DNA of 64,000 nt from NCBI GenBank assembly GCA_029856145.1, contig JAHQWK010000003.1, positions 1-64,000 of the forward strand. The letters run 5' to 3'. The DNA is from Promethearchaeia archaeon. Lineage in GTDB: Archaea; Asgardarchaeota; Lokiarchaeia; Sigyniarchaeales; SOKP01. How positions within the stretch are numbered: the stretch's first letter is position 1; every line of letters begins with the position of its first letter. A program made the position numbers and the translations under genes. A model generated the notes under the pieces. It did no database searches, was not told the origin of the DNA, and saw nothing but the letters and a program-made list of their open reading frames with translations. Below, piece after piece: positions 50,770-61,557 of this stretch.

Positions 50770-50847
50770 TGGCAGGCCCGAGGGGATTTGAACCCCCGAT
50801 CTTCAGCTTAGGAAGCTGCCGCCTTATCCAGACTGGGCCACGGGCCT
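50770..50847 (-). tRNA. tRNA-Arg(CCT), intronless, CCA encoded
   Basis: AGGCCCG/CGGGCCT acceptor stem, anticodon loop TTCCTAA, T-loop TTCAAAT, 3' GCCA. Confidence 0.95.
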
Positions 50848-51086
50848 ATTATCAATATCTTTCTGTATAATCATATAAAAGCATAATGTAATAAAAAGTT
50901 GAATGAATACGAAATAATTAGGTTTCTTTTTCCGCTTGTTCTTCTTTAGACAATTTTATCATTGGATTTTATGTGAGTAATTATGTATAGAACTATAAAA
51001 AGTATAGAAAGGTTTTAATTCATAGGTATTTAAATGTAATTATAAATATTTTTTTATGAATAATTGTTTTTCGAGTTTTATTAATA

Positions 51087-51359
51087 ATGTCACGTGAAAG
51101 TTATTCTAGATCTAATCGTCCTATCGACTATTTAAAATCATCAGTTAATAAGATTATTCTCATTAAGGTTAAACGTAATCGTCTTTTTAGAGGAAAGTTG
51201 TGTGGATTCGATGAGCACTTAAATCTCTATCTTGAAGGTACAAGTCAACTCTTTGAATATCAAGATGATGAGGGTAACATTCGTGAGGAACATGAAAACC
51301 TCGGGAATATCGTCGTACGCGGTGATAATGTTATATTTGTTAATTTATCAAAGGATTAA
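51087..51359 (+). CDS. Sm/Lsm family RNA-binding protein
   Basis: RPIDYL, GKLCGFDEHLNLYL (Sm1), VVRGDNVIFV (Sm2). Confidence 0.95.
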   Translation: MSRESYSRSNRPIDYLKSSVNKIILIKVKRNRLFRGKLCGFDEHLNLYLEGTSQLFEYQDDEGNIREEHENLGNIVVRGDNVIFVNLSKD

Positions 51360-51522
51360 CCCAATTGGATTGATAAAATCAGTTATTTTCAAGGATGCAA
51401 GTACTTTTTATAATATTTAGTTAAATAATTATGTTTATAACCACTGTTATAAAGTAGAGACTTGATTATATTTTTAAATCGTAAAAATATAGTCTTTAAT
51501 ATATTAGAGTAGTTTTTAAAGA

Positions 51523-53577
51523 TTGAACGTGTCAGAAATACAACAAATAAGAAAATCAATTCTAGTTAGTCCAAATTTAGGACGTCCAGTAATTTTACAA
51601 ATAGATCGGAAGTTAAAAAAGAAAAGATTTCAGGCTTCTTTACTTTTTATCAGCGATGTTTCTGATCCAGAGATATTTAAAAATTTTATTCATGATAAAA
51701 TCTCGTTAATTCCTTTATTTGATTATAAATGGTCATATAAAATAGTTTTCGTTAAAAAAACTAAAGGATTTTTTTCAAAGTGGAGAGAGAAAAGAGCTAG
51801 AAAAAAAAGAAAGAAATTCCTAGAAGACAAATTGGAAATTCAAACAGCTAAAGATCTTGATTTAAAGCAGCTGAAAAAATTAAAATCCCGACTCCATAGA
51901 GGGCAGCCGATTTTTCCTAAAGTAACAAGGGTTGAATCCTCTTCAATAACTCCGATACAAAATATATCTAATATAGAAGACTTGAGTCCTCAGGATTTCC
52001 TAATAAAAAATCAAGTATTTGGCAGCTTGAATAAATTCTATAAAGTATTGGTTGATTTCACACCAAATAAGGAAGTTCTAAAGTTTTTAAAGGAACGAAA
52101 CTTTGTTATGTTTGATATCCATTGCCCCTATGATCGAATAAATTATCATTCACTAGTAATCTCCAAACAAAAATGGAAAGATTTTACGTTTGTTCATGCT
52201 ACAGATTTACACTTAGCAGAAAGGAATGACAGACTTTATGAAATTATTAAAAAATGGACAGAATCTTCAATTATAGAGAGCGTAGATGATTTTTTTAAAA
52301 CAGTCAAAAAAAAAATGAAAATTAAGAAGAACAAGCCAACACAAGAAAAAATTTTATCTGAAATCAAAATTCCATTGAGAAAACGTTTAATTAATACTAA
52401 TAATCAATTTCGTAAGTTCACAAAATTAATGAATAATAAAGTTCTAAGAAATGAGCTAGATTTTATTGTGTTAACAGGAGATCTTGTTGATTATACCATA
52501 TTGAGTAAATTTTCACAGAAAAATGATAAACTAAATGAATTTAAATATGAAGACAGTAATTGGTTGATTTTTAAAAGTATACTCCTTAATACCCCCTTAA
52601 AAGAAAAATATAAAGGAGTTATAAGGGGTGAAGAATTAAACTGTCCAATTTTCACTACATTAGGAAACCATGATTATCGGCCATTCCCTTATGATATAAC
52701 TTGGGGAGAAATGTATAAAAAGATTGGTTTGAATGCTTCTGAAGCGATTGCTCTTAATCAGTTATTTTCTGCTTCACCAATTTCTGCGATAACAAAAACT
52801 CAGCTAGCTTTAAAAGGGTATTTTTCTGAAATTAATTCATCATCTGATTTTTCTCTAAAGCTTGGGAACAATTTGTTTATAATTTTAAATACCGGAGCTG
52901 ATTCATTTAGAAACCTTAAGGATTTAATAACAGGTCATCCATCTGTTACGGGTGTTACTTTTAAACAAATAAAGTATTTAGAAAATCTAATAAATAATCA
53001 AATTACTGAAGACACGAATACATATTTATTTCTACATGGTCCTCCATTAAATTCGGAAGATAAAAAATATAGTATTAATTTATTCGAAAAAAAAGGAAGT
53101 CGATTTAAAAGAAAAAAGCTTAGTGAATTTAAGGAATCATTAATTAGGAAATCAGGAAAGCCTTTATCAACCGCACGTATAGATGGAATATTTAATGTTA
53201 AATACGGGTGTGTTTCATCAAATTGGGAAAAACTAATTGAATTTTGTAAGAATTACACTGTACTCACTTTATCTGGTCATACCCATTCAAACCGTGAGTT
53301 TAGATTAGATGATCCTGGACTACAGAAATCAAGTGTATATGATGCACCTCCGTTTAAGTTGAAAAAGATCGAAAATCCAGCAGCAATATTTTACGATAAT
53401 TATTCTGAGATATATAACAACCCAAAAGTTATAAGTGAGAATGGACCATTTGTTGTACAAACCCCTGCGTTAGGATTAGGTAGTTATAGAAATCCACATA
53501 CCGCAGGAGGCTACAGAGAAATAATTGTTAAAGATGGAAAATTAGCTTCTTTTAAAGTAAAGCACATAAACCGTTAA
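51523..53577 (+). CDS. Calcineurin-like metallophosphoesterase with insertions
   Basis: DLH, GDLVD, GNHD, LHGP, GHTH motifs. Confidence 0.88.
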   Translation: MNVSEIQQIRKSILVSPNLGRPVILQIDRKLKKKRFQASLLFISDVSDPEIFKNFIHDKISLIPLFDYKWSYKIVFVKKTKGFFSKWREKRARKKRKKFLEDKLEIQTAKDLDLKQLKKLKSRLHRGQPIFPKVTRVESSSITPIQNISNIEDLSPQDFLIKNQVFGSLNKFYKVLVDFTPNKEVLKFLKERNFVMFDIHCPYDRINYHSLVISKQKWKDFTFVHATDLHLAERNDRLYEIIKKWTESSIIESVDDFFKTVKKKMKIKKNKPTQEKILSEIKIPLRKRLINTNNQFRKFTKLMNNKVLRNELDFIVLTGDLVDYTILSKFSQKNDKLNEFKYEDSNWLIFKSILLNTPLKEKYKGVIRGEELNCPIFTTLGNHDYRPFPYDITWGEMYKKIGLNASEAIALNQLFSASPISAITKTQLALKGYFSEINSSSDFSLKLGNNLFIILNTGADSFRNLKDLITGHPSVTGVTFKQIKYLENLINNQITEDTNTYLFLHGPPLNSEDKKYSINLFEKKGSRFKRKKLSEFKESLIRKSGKPLSTARIDGIFNVKYGCVSSNWEKLIEFCKNYTVLTLSGHTHSNREFRLDDPGLQKSSVYDAPPFKLKKIENPAAIFYDNYSEIYNNPKVISENGPFVVQTPALGLGSYRNPHTAGGYREIIVKDGKLASFKVKHINR

Positions 53578-53592
53578 CAATTGAAGTTATTC

Positions 53593-54948
53593 CTAGGTTT
53601 TGACTTGCTTTAATACTTTTGAATAATATTTTCGAATTGTACTGAGTTCTTTAGAGTTAAATACATCCATTTTATAGTTTTTAAGGAATGTACTAAATTT
53701 TGGAAATTTATTTGGATTGGTTTTTGTCAAAAAGACACAGTTGAGCGCAGTGAATAAAATGCTTAACTTATCATAGTACGTAAATGATTTATTCTTTTCA
53801 AATTCATTATATAATTCATTAGTTATTAATGCATTTTCAATAGGATTTTTAAGACTCTCTTGATAAATTTTCTTTCTCTCCCCCGCAATTGGTTCTGCTT
53901 CTTGAGTTTTTGAAATTATATGACTGATTTGTTCTTGTATCTTATTAACTTCAATATTTTCTTCTACTTGAGTAACGGGAGTAGAAATTTGTTCCTCTGT
54001 GATTATTAAGGATTTATCTGCAACCGGTTCTTCTTCTAATCCGAATAATGTTTCATAACTCAAATCCGTACTTTTGAATAAATTAGCTAATAGCGGATTA
54101 TCTTCGGTACTCATGGCTAAAATTTCTGCGATAATTCGAATCATTTTATTCCGGTTTTCCTTTCTATTCGCCACCATTGGATAAGTTTTTAAGCCAGTAA
54201 GAGTTTCAATTTCTTCTACACTCATCGCATTGGATAAGTCTTGTTTGTTTCCTATAATAGCTGCTCGAGCGTGTGGAACTTCTTTAACTTTTAAATCTAA
54301 GAAGAACTTGCTTTTCTCAACATTTTTGATTGTAGAATCAGTAACTATAAGTACAGCATCACTTTCTTTTATAAATCCTTTCCAGAGAAATTTGAATTGC
54401 TCCTGTCCAGCAAAATCAAATAACCGAAAAAATAATTTCCCTATTTTAATAGTAGCGATTTCCCCTGTAATAGTAGGAATATGTTGAAGGGGAATTTCAT
54501 CCATTTTTATTAGTTTTTTTATAGTTGTTTTTCCAACTCCGGCAAATCCTACTACAGCAATCTTAGGTTTTAGATTTCTATGCATTTCATCAAGTGCTAC
54601 GTTAATTCCTGTAAAATTTAAGTCTTTTAACTGTTTATCCTTTAGGGTATCACCAAATCGGTTTAAGAATATATTCTTGAAATTAATTAGTTGAGTCTTT
54701 ATTGTTCTGTAAAAATCATCGACTAGTCCAGTTGTAAAAATAAAAATTAAATTATAATCAAGCTCAACATCGTATGATATTCTAAATTTTATGAAATCAA
54801 AATATCCCGTTGTTCTCCCAAGAGTTCTTTTTGCTTCTGTGAAAATTCTAAAACTAAGATCTTCAATCTCAGAATCATTTAAAGCATTTCCATAAGATCT
54901 TTTATAGATAATCTCATTTCCTTTGAGTACAAATGCTTCCCGTAGCAT
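53593..54948 (-). CDS. Longin-like domain plus Arf/Rag-like small GTPase
   Basis: GFAGVGKTT, PTI, DFAGQ, NKQD; N-terminal longin-like region. Confidence 0.88.
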   Translation of the reverse strand: MLREAFVLKGNEIIYKRSYGNALNDSEIEDLSFRIFTEAKRTLGRTTGYFDFIKFRISYDVELDYNLIFIFTTGLVDDFYRTIKTQLINFKNIFLNRFGDTLKDKQLKDLNFTGINVALDEMHRNLKPKIAVVGFAGVGKTTIKKLIKMDEIPLQHIPTITGEIATIKIGKLFFRLFDFAGQEQFKFLWKGFIKESDAVLIVTDSTIKNVEKSKFFLDLKVKEVPHARAAIIGNKQDLSNAMSVEEIETLTGLKTYPMVANRKENRNKMIRIIAEILAMSTEDNPLLANLFKSTDLSYETLFGLEEEPVADKSLIITEEQISTPVTQVEENIEVNKIQEQISHIISKTQEAEPIAGERKKIYQESLKNPIENALITNELYNEFEKNKSFTYYDKLSILFTALNCVFLTKTNPNKFPKFSTFLKNYKMDVFNSKELSTIRKYYSKVLKQVKT

Positions 54949-55194
54949 ATTCCTTAATACTTTCTATTGATTAATATTGAGTATAGAACTTAGGTACAAT
55001 ATATTAAACAATTATTTAGTAAAACAAGATATATTTAAACTTCATTAAAAGCAAGAATTTTTTGACAGCGTATCAAACAAAGCAATACGTCTTATACAAA
55101 TAATTTATTAAATTGGAAAGGATTATCTATAAGAAATTAAATGAACTTAATTATTGTTGACATCAAATAAAAGTTAAATTATCCTAATCTCGAA

Positions 55195-56625
55195 GTGTTA
55201 TTGTTGTATATTAAAAATACTTCTGAAATTCTTACAAAAGAATTACCCAATGTTCAATTAACATTAAGACAAATTGGGCTTCAGGCAATTTCAAAAGCTA
55301 TCTCCTCTGTAAAATCTAAAAGATTAATGGAAAAATGTATTAGAGTACTTAATAATAAATTATTTATTGAAAATGATGAGTATGATTTACAAAAGTTCGA
55401 AAAAATATACATTATTGGAGGAGGAAAGGCTACTGCTGAAATGGCATTGACACTTGAAAGAATTCTGTCAAATACGAAAGATATCAGTTATAAAAGTATT
55501 ATTAATGTACCAAAAAACCTTGAAAAACAAGACTTTTTTAAAAAAAGTAAAATCTCTATTAATTTTGCTTCCCATCCTATTCCAAATGAGAGTGGACTTA
55601 AAGGAACTTTATCCATGATGGATCTTATAGAAAATTCGACTGAAAATGATCTTATCGTTTGTTTAATTTCCGGAGGAGGCTCCGCTTTACTTCCATTGCC
55701 AAAAAAAGGCATAAAACTTAAAGATTTACAAGAAATTAATTCTTTACTTTTGTCATTAGGAGCATCAATTCACGAGATTAATACCATAAGAAAACATTTA
55801 TCAGATTTTAAAGGAGGTAATCTGGCAAAGAAATTATATATTTCAAGTGGAGCTACTTTAATCTCTTTAATCATTTCAGATGTTGTTGGAGATGATTTAG
55901 ATTCAATTGCTTCTGGACCTACTGTACCTGATAAAACTACATTTAAGGATGCTTTTAAAATTATGAAGAAGTATGACCTCTTGGGAAAAATTCCTATCTC
56001 TGTAAAGAAACATTTAGAAAAGGGATTATCCGATAAATCTTTAGAAAATCCAAAACCCAATGATTTATGTTTTACAAATGCTCATAATTACTTAATTGGA
56101 AGTGTAACCTCTGCTGCTCGAGAAGTTAAGTCTTACTTAACAAATGAAGGATTTGAAGTCGATTACTTTTCCAATAATATAATTGGTGAAGCTAGAAAAT
56201 TTGGAAAATCTCTTTATGGAATCATATCTCACCAAGTTCAAGAAAGTTTAAATCAAAATAAAGTTGTAAGAAAAGCCTTGATTGGAACTGGTGAATTAAC
56301 TGTTACAATCAGAGGGAAGGGAATTGGGGGAAGGAACCAAGAGATGTTATTAAGTTTCCTAAATAATGTAAAAAATAATAAACTCAATTATCATTTTCTA
56401 ATCATTAGTGTGAATCTTGATGGCATTGAAGGTAATAGTGAAGCGATGGGGGCTTTAATTGATAACTATACGTTTGAACAAATGACTTCAAAAAATATCG
56501 ACCCAGAAAAGTTTCTTGCCAATAATGATTCAAATAGTTTTTTTAAGAAATTAAGAACTGAAATAATCAGTGGACCAACCGGCTGTAATGTAAATGATTT
56601 ACTCTTAATTCTTATTTCAATATAA
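55195..56625 (+). CDS. Glycerate 2-kinase (MOFRL/GckA family)
   Basis: GGGKA, HPIP, LISGGGSAL, SDVVGD, GGRNQE, TGCNVND. Confidence 0.93.
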   Translation: MLLLYIKNTSEILTKELPNVQLTLRQIGLQAISKAISSVKSKRLMEKCIRVLNNKLFIENDEYDLQKFEKIYIIGGGKATAEMALTLERILSNTKDISYKSIINVPKNLEKQDFFKKSKISINFASHPIPNESGLKGTLSMMDLIENSTENDLIVCLISGGGSALLPLPKKGIKLKDLQEINSLLLSLGASIHEINTIRKHLSDFKGGNLAKKLYISSGATLISLIISDVVGDDLDSIASGPTVPDKTTFKDAFKIMKKYDLLGKIPISVKKHLEKGLSDKSLENPKPNDLCFTNAHNYLIGSVTSAAREVKSYLTNEGFEVDYFSNNIIGEARKFGKSLYGIISHQVQESLNQNKVVRKALIGTGELTVTIRGKGIGGRNQEMLLSFLNNVKNNKLNYHFLIISVNLDGIEGNSEAMGALIDNYTFEQMTSKNIDPEKFLANNDSNSFFKKLRTEIISGPTGCNVNDLLLILISI

Positions 56626-56661
56626 ATTTAAATACTTAAGATTATACTAAAAATAACGAAG

Positions 56662-56820
56662 ATGAGTGAAGTATTAATTTGCCCTTTGTGTGGTTTTAGT
56701 TTTAGATATTCAAACTCTAAAACAGAAAAGGAGAAAATTAAATGTCCTATGTGTGGTTATGAATTTAGAAATCCTCGTGTTTCTCCTTTTACTCCAAAAG
56801 AATTTAATAAGAAATTCTAG
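56662..56820 (+). CDS. Small zinc-ribbon protein (52 aa, below ORF track cutoff)
   Basis: MSEVLICPLCGFSF...KIKCPMCGYEF...KKF*; two CPxCG knuckles. Confidence 0.75.
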   Translation: MSEVLICPLCGFSFRYSNSKTEKEKIKCPMCGYEFRNPRVSPFTPKEFNKKF

Positions 56821-57018
56821 TGAATTTTGATATTACAAGTCGAATTGGAGTGAAGAAATTAGATTCACGCATAATTCGATAAAATTCTTTTACACAATAA
56901 TAATTTCTATATTGGAAGATTTTTTAAAGATTGAAGTTGAAATTAGATTACCGATTAATTTTTATTAATTGGTAAATAGTTTTCAATTTAATACAAATTA
57001 AAATCTTGGTAAAAAACA

Positions 57019-59169
57019 ATGGCTAAAAAAGATAAGAAAAAGAAACCATCGGCGCGAACAGCACGAATGGGCTGGGATAAAGCAGAAGCTGAAGAAGAAA
57101 TTATAGCTGAAGCATTGAAACGAAAGGATATGGATACAGGACGCGTCGAATTGCTTGATAGAGATACCTCTACTCCCGTTATTGAGACATATGACGAAGA
57201 TACTGGAAAACTCGAGGGTAGTATCATTTTAAAAGATCGTAATAGGGAAGGTCTTCTATCTTTAGTGAAAATAATTGAAACTGTAGACGTAGAACAGGAT
57301 CATGATGCCAATATTAAATCTTTTGCCCATAGTGGTAAATTTAATATTGAGAATCCAAGTTCTGTTGATAGATTATGGGATATCGATGTATCTCTTGAAA
57401 ACATCGGAAGTACTGATTTGAAATCTAAGAATATATCAATAAGAGAATTAGGTACTGAATCACCAGATAATGTCGATTCAAGAGAATTTAAAATAACTAA
57501 GGATATAAAAAATTTATTGCTTGTTAAAGAATTTATAAGTACACTTCCCAATGCTGACGATGTTTTAAATATCAATGATATTGAAAAAGAGTTATTAAAA
57601 ACAAAAGATAAAACAGGCGAAGTCTCTTCAAAACCACCAACAATCCCAAAATTAGAAGATGAAGAAGAGGAGGAAGAGGAAGAATTAGAAGGTGAAACTT
57701 GGGGTGATGGAGGAACTCTTGTTGAAACTGGACTAGAATCTTTCGGAATATCGATTGATAAAGATAATGTTGTAACTTTTGCTATAGCGATTAGAAGTCT
57801 CTTTGATAAACCTGTATCAAATATTAAAGTCGTAAAAAATATTCCTGATGATTATTCAAATCCAGTAATCAAGGATACGACCGAAGGCAGAGCTGAAATT
57901 CAAGGAAATCAAATAACTTGGACAATTGATAAATTAGCTCCGGAATATACCGCGATGTGCAAATTTACATGCAATATTATGGTAACAGATATCACTAAAA
58001 GAAGAACAGGAACAATTGAAGTTACTTATCAAGCAGCATCTTCTTATGCTGAAGGATTAGCTATAGAGAAATTTGATGCTTATACAAGAAACAAATTTTA
58101 TATTGATACAGTTGAAAGGGATGAGGAACCTGGTATTTTTGATTGTAAGCTTGTATTTGATAATTCCTCAGAATTTATAATTCAACTCTTCAACGCAGAT
58201 GTATATTCCCCGGAAGATGAAACAAAGAAATTTGTAGATATTGATCCTAAAGACGTCCCAATGTTACCAAGTGGTGCACAATGGCATTCGACAAAATGGC
58301 AATATGAGAGTGAAGAATATCCAACCTTTAGAAAGAAGTTAGAGTTTAGAGTAGTGCCAGATTTTCAAACAATTGTTAATGGAACAATGGCCCTATCGGA
58401 TGTTATATTAGAGATTGGAAGTATCTCTGGAGTATTGTCTTATAACTTAACTGAAGTTCCAACTTATCGAACAAAAGATGTTATTGCAACCCTTAAAATG
58501 GTTAATAACGGTTCAGCACCACTTAATGAGGTTACAATCATTCAACAATACTTCTCTGATGAATATCAACCTCCAAAAGCGGATGAAATTAAGTTACTAT
58601 GGGATGGTGAAGAAGTTGAGGTTTCTGCTGGAGCGGTAAGCTTCGAAGATAAAGCTTTCAAAATTGATCTCAAGGATTTGAAAGACAGTAGTACAGGTAT
58701 GTTCAAACCAGACTCATCTTTAGAGTTTAAATATCCTATTCATTGTGTAAACCCAGCACGTGAATCTACTTTTGAATCTGAAATAATTTATCTTGCCAAC
58801 ACTTTTCCAGTAAGTCAAGAGTTAGAGTTCAAACCAGAGGTTCCTGTAGTTCAAGCAATGCACATCAGAAGAAAATTCAGAATAGGAAAAGAAGTTGTTC
58901 CTATTGGAGATTTGGGAAATTACAGAATTATATTAATTCTTGAAAACATCGGAGAATCTAAATTACACAATCTCATCTTACTTGATAAAGTTCCAGATTC
59001 GTTCGAATATGGTTCCTATTCTATGACTCCTGAAATAACAGATGAAGTTGGTCAGGACACATTAAAGTGGGATATCGAACTTTTGGATGTGGGAGATAAA
59101 TTGGAAATCACTTATGAAATAACGGGTACAGGCAAATACAGCCCTTCTGATGCCCAATTAGCGCTTTAA
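57019..59169 (+). CDS. Acidic cytoplasmic beta-sandwich repeat protein (DUF11/mu-homology-like)
   Basis: No signal peptide; motifs VKNIPDDY...GNQITWTIDKL and LDKVPDSF...TLKWDIELL; poly-E tract. Confidence 0.75.
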   Translation: MAKKDKKKKPSARTARMGWDKAEAEEEIIAEALKRKDMDTGRVELLDRDTSTPVIETYDEDTGKLEGSIILKDRNREGLLSLVKIIETVDVEQDHDANIKSFAHSGKFNIENPSSVDRLWDIDVSLENIGSTDLKSKNISIRELGTESPDNVDSREFKITKDIKNLLLVKEFISTLPNADDVLNINDIEKELLKTKDKTGEVSSKPPTIPKLEDEEEEEEEELEGETWGDGGTLVETGLESFGISIDKDNVVTFAIAIRSLFDKPVSNIKVVKNIPDDYSNPVIKDTTEGRAEIQGNQITWTIDKLAPEYTAMCKFTCNIMVTDITKRRTGTIEVTYQAASSYAEGLAIEKFDAYTRNKFYIDTVERDEEPGIFDCKLVFDNSSEFIIQLFNADVYSPEDETKKFVDIDPKDVPMLPSGAQWHSTKWQYESEEYPTFRKKLEFRVVPDFQTIVNGTMALSDVILEIGSISGVLSYNLTEVPTYRTKDVIATLKMVNNGSAPLNEVTIIQQYFSDEYQPPKADEIKLLWDGEEVEVSAGAVSFEDKAFKIDLKDLKDSSTGMFKPDSSLEFKYPIHCVNPARESTFESEIIYLANTFPVSQELEFKPEVPVVQAMHIRRKFRIGKEVVPIGDLGNYRIILILENIGESKLHNLILLDKVPDSFEYGSYSMTPEITDEVGQDTLKWDIELLDVGDKLEITYEITGTGKYSPSDAQLAL

Positions 59170-59312
59170 TATTAATAAGGCATTTTTTATTTTTTTTATT
59201 TTTTATATTTTTTATATTTTCAATAATAGTTTAATAAACGTAGGGATAATTATTAAATGAATAAATAACGAAATTTAATTTAATTACTACTTTTAATAAG
59301 TCTTGAGAAACT

Positions 59313-60983
59313 ATGTTAAGAAAACGTTATCAGCTGAATTGGATGTTTGAATGTCCAGATGCGGTTTTAACTTGCTCAGTATTGAAATGTAAAGATAATA
59401 ATTTTATAGTTTTTGGTGGGCATGATAAAACCCTTTATTTGATGGATGAACAAATGAATATTATTGATGATAGAGCATTTGACGGATGGTGCAGATGCAG
59501 TTATCCAATAGATCTTAATGGAGATGGATGCGATGAGATATTAGTAGGGGCTGGTGACGGTAATTTTATGGTTTTGAAATTAAATGTCGAAAAGAAAAAG
59601 CTCGCAGGTTTGATGCGTTATAAGTCTTCCAAGAGGATTAATTGCTGTATCGCTGGAGATTTAACTCGAGATGGGAATATTGAACTGATCTTTGGAAGTG
59701 ATGATAAAACGCTTAAAATTTTCGACGATATTAAATCAAAAGAGCCCAAATTTATATTGTACTATGACTCTTGGGTCACAACTTGCACATTAGGCTTCTT
59801 AAAATTACCAGATAATGAGGATGCTATTTATGGATTATTAATAGGCACAAAAAATGGGTTAGTTCAATTAGCTCAATTTCAAGATAACATGTTAAATATT
59901 ATTTGGCAGAAAGATTTTTCCACTCAGATCAATGATATCAAAGTTGGAGATGTAACAAATGATGGATTTAATGAAATACTCCTATGCACTGATGATTCCC
60001 TTATTAAAATTTTAACTAGTGAAGGAGAACCCATTAAAGAGATTAATACTGAAGAAGGGCGTCCAATTTCATTATTAATTGAAGATATAGATGGTGATAA
60101 TGCAAAAGAAATTGTTGCAGGATGTGCAGATGGTTCTCTAAAAGTCTTTCATAATCCATCATTAGACTCACATGAATTTGAATTAAAATGGAAGACTAAG
60201 GTATCTACATCTATTAAAAATGTAAGTTACCTTACGGGAAAGGATAAGAATGTAAAGCACATTGTATTTGGAGGGTATGATCGTAAAATTAGAAACGTCA
60301 CTGATTTTGAATGGGGTCAAAAACAATCAATTGAAATCCCTCAAAAAATTAAAACTCATGAAATAAAAGAAAGCAAAAAAAAGGATTTAATTAAGGAAAT
60401 TGCGAAAATAAAAGAAGTTCCAACAAATATAAGAGAAACTATATTCAACCATTTACAAGATCAGGGGCATTTAAAAGATTTAATGAAAGAATTATCAAAA
60501 TTAGGCTATTCCGAGGATGAGATCTTAGATGAATTCGCACTTCTAAAGACACAGAAATCAGTGATTTATGAAAAAGTTACATATCCGGTGTGGAGTTTGC
60601 CTAGTGAAGAAATTGAGAAGAAAATGCCTGAAGAAGTTAAAGCGGAAATCTTAGTTGAAGAACAACCAAAACCTAAGGTGCAACCATTAGTTATTGAAAA
60701 ATCTGTTGCACCTAAAAAAGACAAATTACGAGCAGCTTTAGAAACTGAAACTAAAACAAAAGTCACTGAAGAAAAGGTTAGTGCTGGAGGATCATTAGAA
60801 GATACAATTATTGAATATTTAAAAGAGCAGAAATTAGTGGCAACTAAAGCACAATTCGTTAATAGTATCAAAGAAAGAGGTTTTTCTAATAGTGAAATTG
60901 AAAAAAAAATAAATGAATTAAAGGAGCAGGATAAAATTCAATATTCACGGGCTAAACCAAAAGGTTGGAGTTTAATCGAATAA
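59313..60983 (+). CDS. FG-GAP/WD-type beta-propeller protein with C-terminal winged-helix-like domain
   Basis: DLNGDGCDEILVG, DLTRDGNIELIFG, DVTNDGFNEIL, DIDGDNAKEIVAG repeats; IQYSRAKPKGW C-terminus. Confidence 0.8.
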   Translation: MLRKRYQLNWMFECPDAVLTCSVLKCKDNNFIVFGGHDKTLYLMDEQMNIIDDRAFDGWCRCSYPIDLNGDGCDEILVGAGDGNFMVLKLNVEKKKLAGLMRYKSSKRINCCIAGDLTRDGNIELIFGSDDKTLKIFDDIKSKEPKFILYYDSWVTTCTLGFLKLPDNEDAIYGLLIGTKNGLVQLAQFQDNMLNIIWQKDFSTQINDIKVGDVTNDGFNEILLCTDDSLIKILTSEGEPIKEINTEEGRPISLLIEDIDGDNAKEIVAGCADGSLKVFHNPSLDSHEFELKWKTKVSTSIKNVSYLTGKDKNVKHIVFGGYDRKIRNVTDFEWGQKQSIEIPQKIKTHEIKESKKKDLIKEIAKIKEVPTNIRETIFNHLQDQGHLKDLMKELSKLGYSEDEILDEFALLKTQKSVIYEKVTYPVWSLPSEEIEKKMPEEVKAEILVEEQPKPKVQPLVIEKSVAPKKDKLRAALETETKTKVTEEKVSAGGSLEDTIIEYLKEQKLVATKAQFVNSIKERGFSNSEIEKKINELKEQDKIQYSRAKPKGWSLIE

Positions 60984-61430
60984 TTATTCTTGAGTCTTCT
61001 TTATAAAAAATTCTTGTATTGTTTCTTGAAAAGGTTCAAATTGATTTAATTCTGTGAAATCTGCTTCATTATACTTTTGAATAAATAATTGTAGTACTGG
61101 CTCTACCCTTTCAAAGAATTTTCTAACAAGTTTATCTGATTTTTTTTTTGATTTATCAACCAATCCATATAAAATTATTGGTTCTTTAACACGATTATCT
61201 CCTGATTGGATCTGAGCAATCTTAAAGATAAACAAGATATTCCCTGATTCTAAATATTCCATAGAATTATTTTTAAAAGCAGTATCTACAAATATATTAA
61301 TCGCTGAAATAAATGCCCCTCTAAGATCCTTATTTATACCACTTTCTTTTTGAACTGGAATTTTTTTCATTATATGACTCACAAGGACAAAGCCCCGAAA
61401 TACAAAACCTAACTCGTAAAGTTCCTTCAA
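60984..61430 (-). CDS. Stand-alone longin-like protein
   Basis: ELGFVFRGFVLV...DLRGAFISAINIF...LESGNILFIF pattern. Confidence 0.6.
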   Translation of the reverse strand: MKELYELGFVFRGFVLVSHIMKKIPVQKESGINKDLRGAFISAINIFVDTAFKNNSMEYLESGNILFIFKIAQIQSGDNRVKEPIILYGLVDKSKKKSDKLVRKFFERVEPVLQLFIQKYNEADFTELNQFEPFQETIQEFFIKKTQE

Positions 61431-61557
61431 TTTAGAATCAAATAAATTAATTAATAATTATCTTTCTAAAAATGATTGTTAAAAAATTAATGTTTATTTT
61501 CATATTTAATTTTAGACTAAATGCTTATATATACTATTAAAAAGAACGAGTTATAAT

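Noticed and set aside
50723-51086. tRNA-Arg as an integration site
   Set aside because: No duplicated tRNA 3' end and no integrase in the window.
58695-58712. CAG GTATGT TCAAACCAG, a donor-like motif inside the 716-aa gene (other GTATGT hexamers occur in thiC, the GNATs and htpX)
   Set aside because: The reading frames are uninterrupted, and in thiC the hexamer encodes the conserved CSMC motif. GTATGT alone is expected by chance; only the histone case restores a broken frame.
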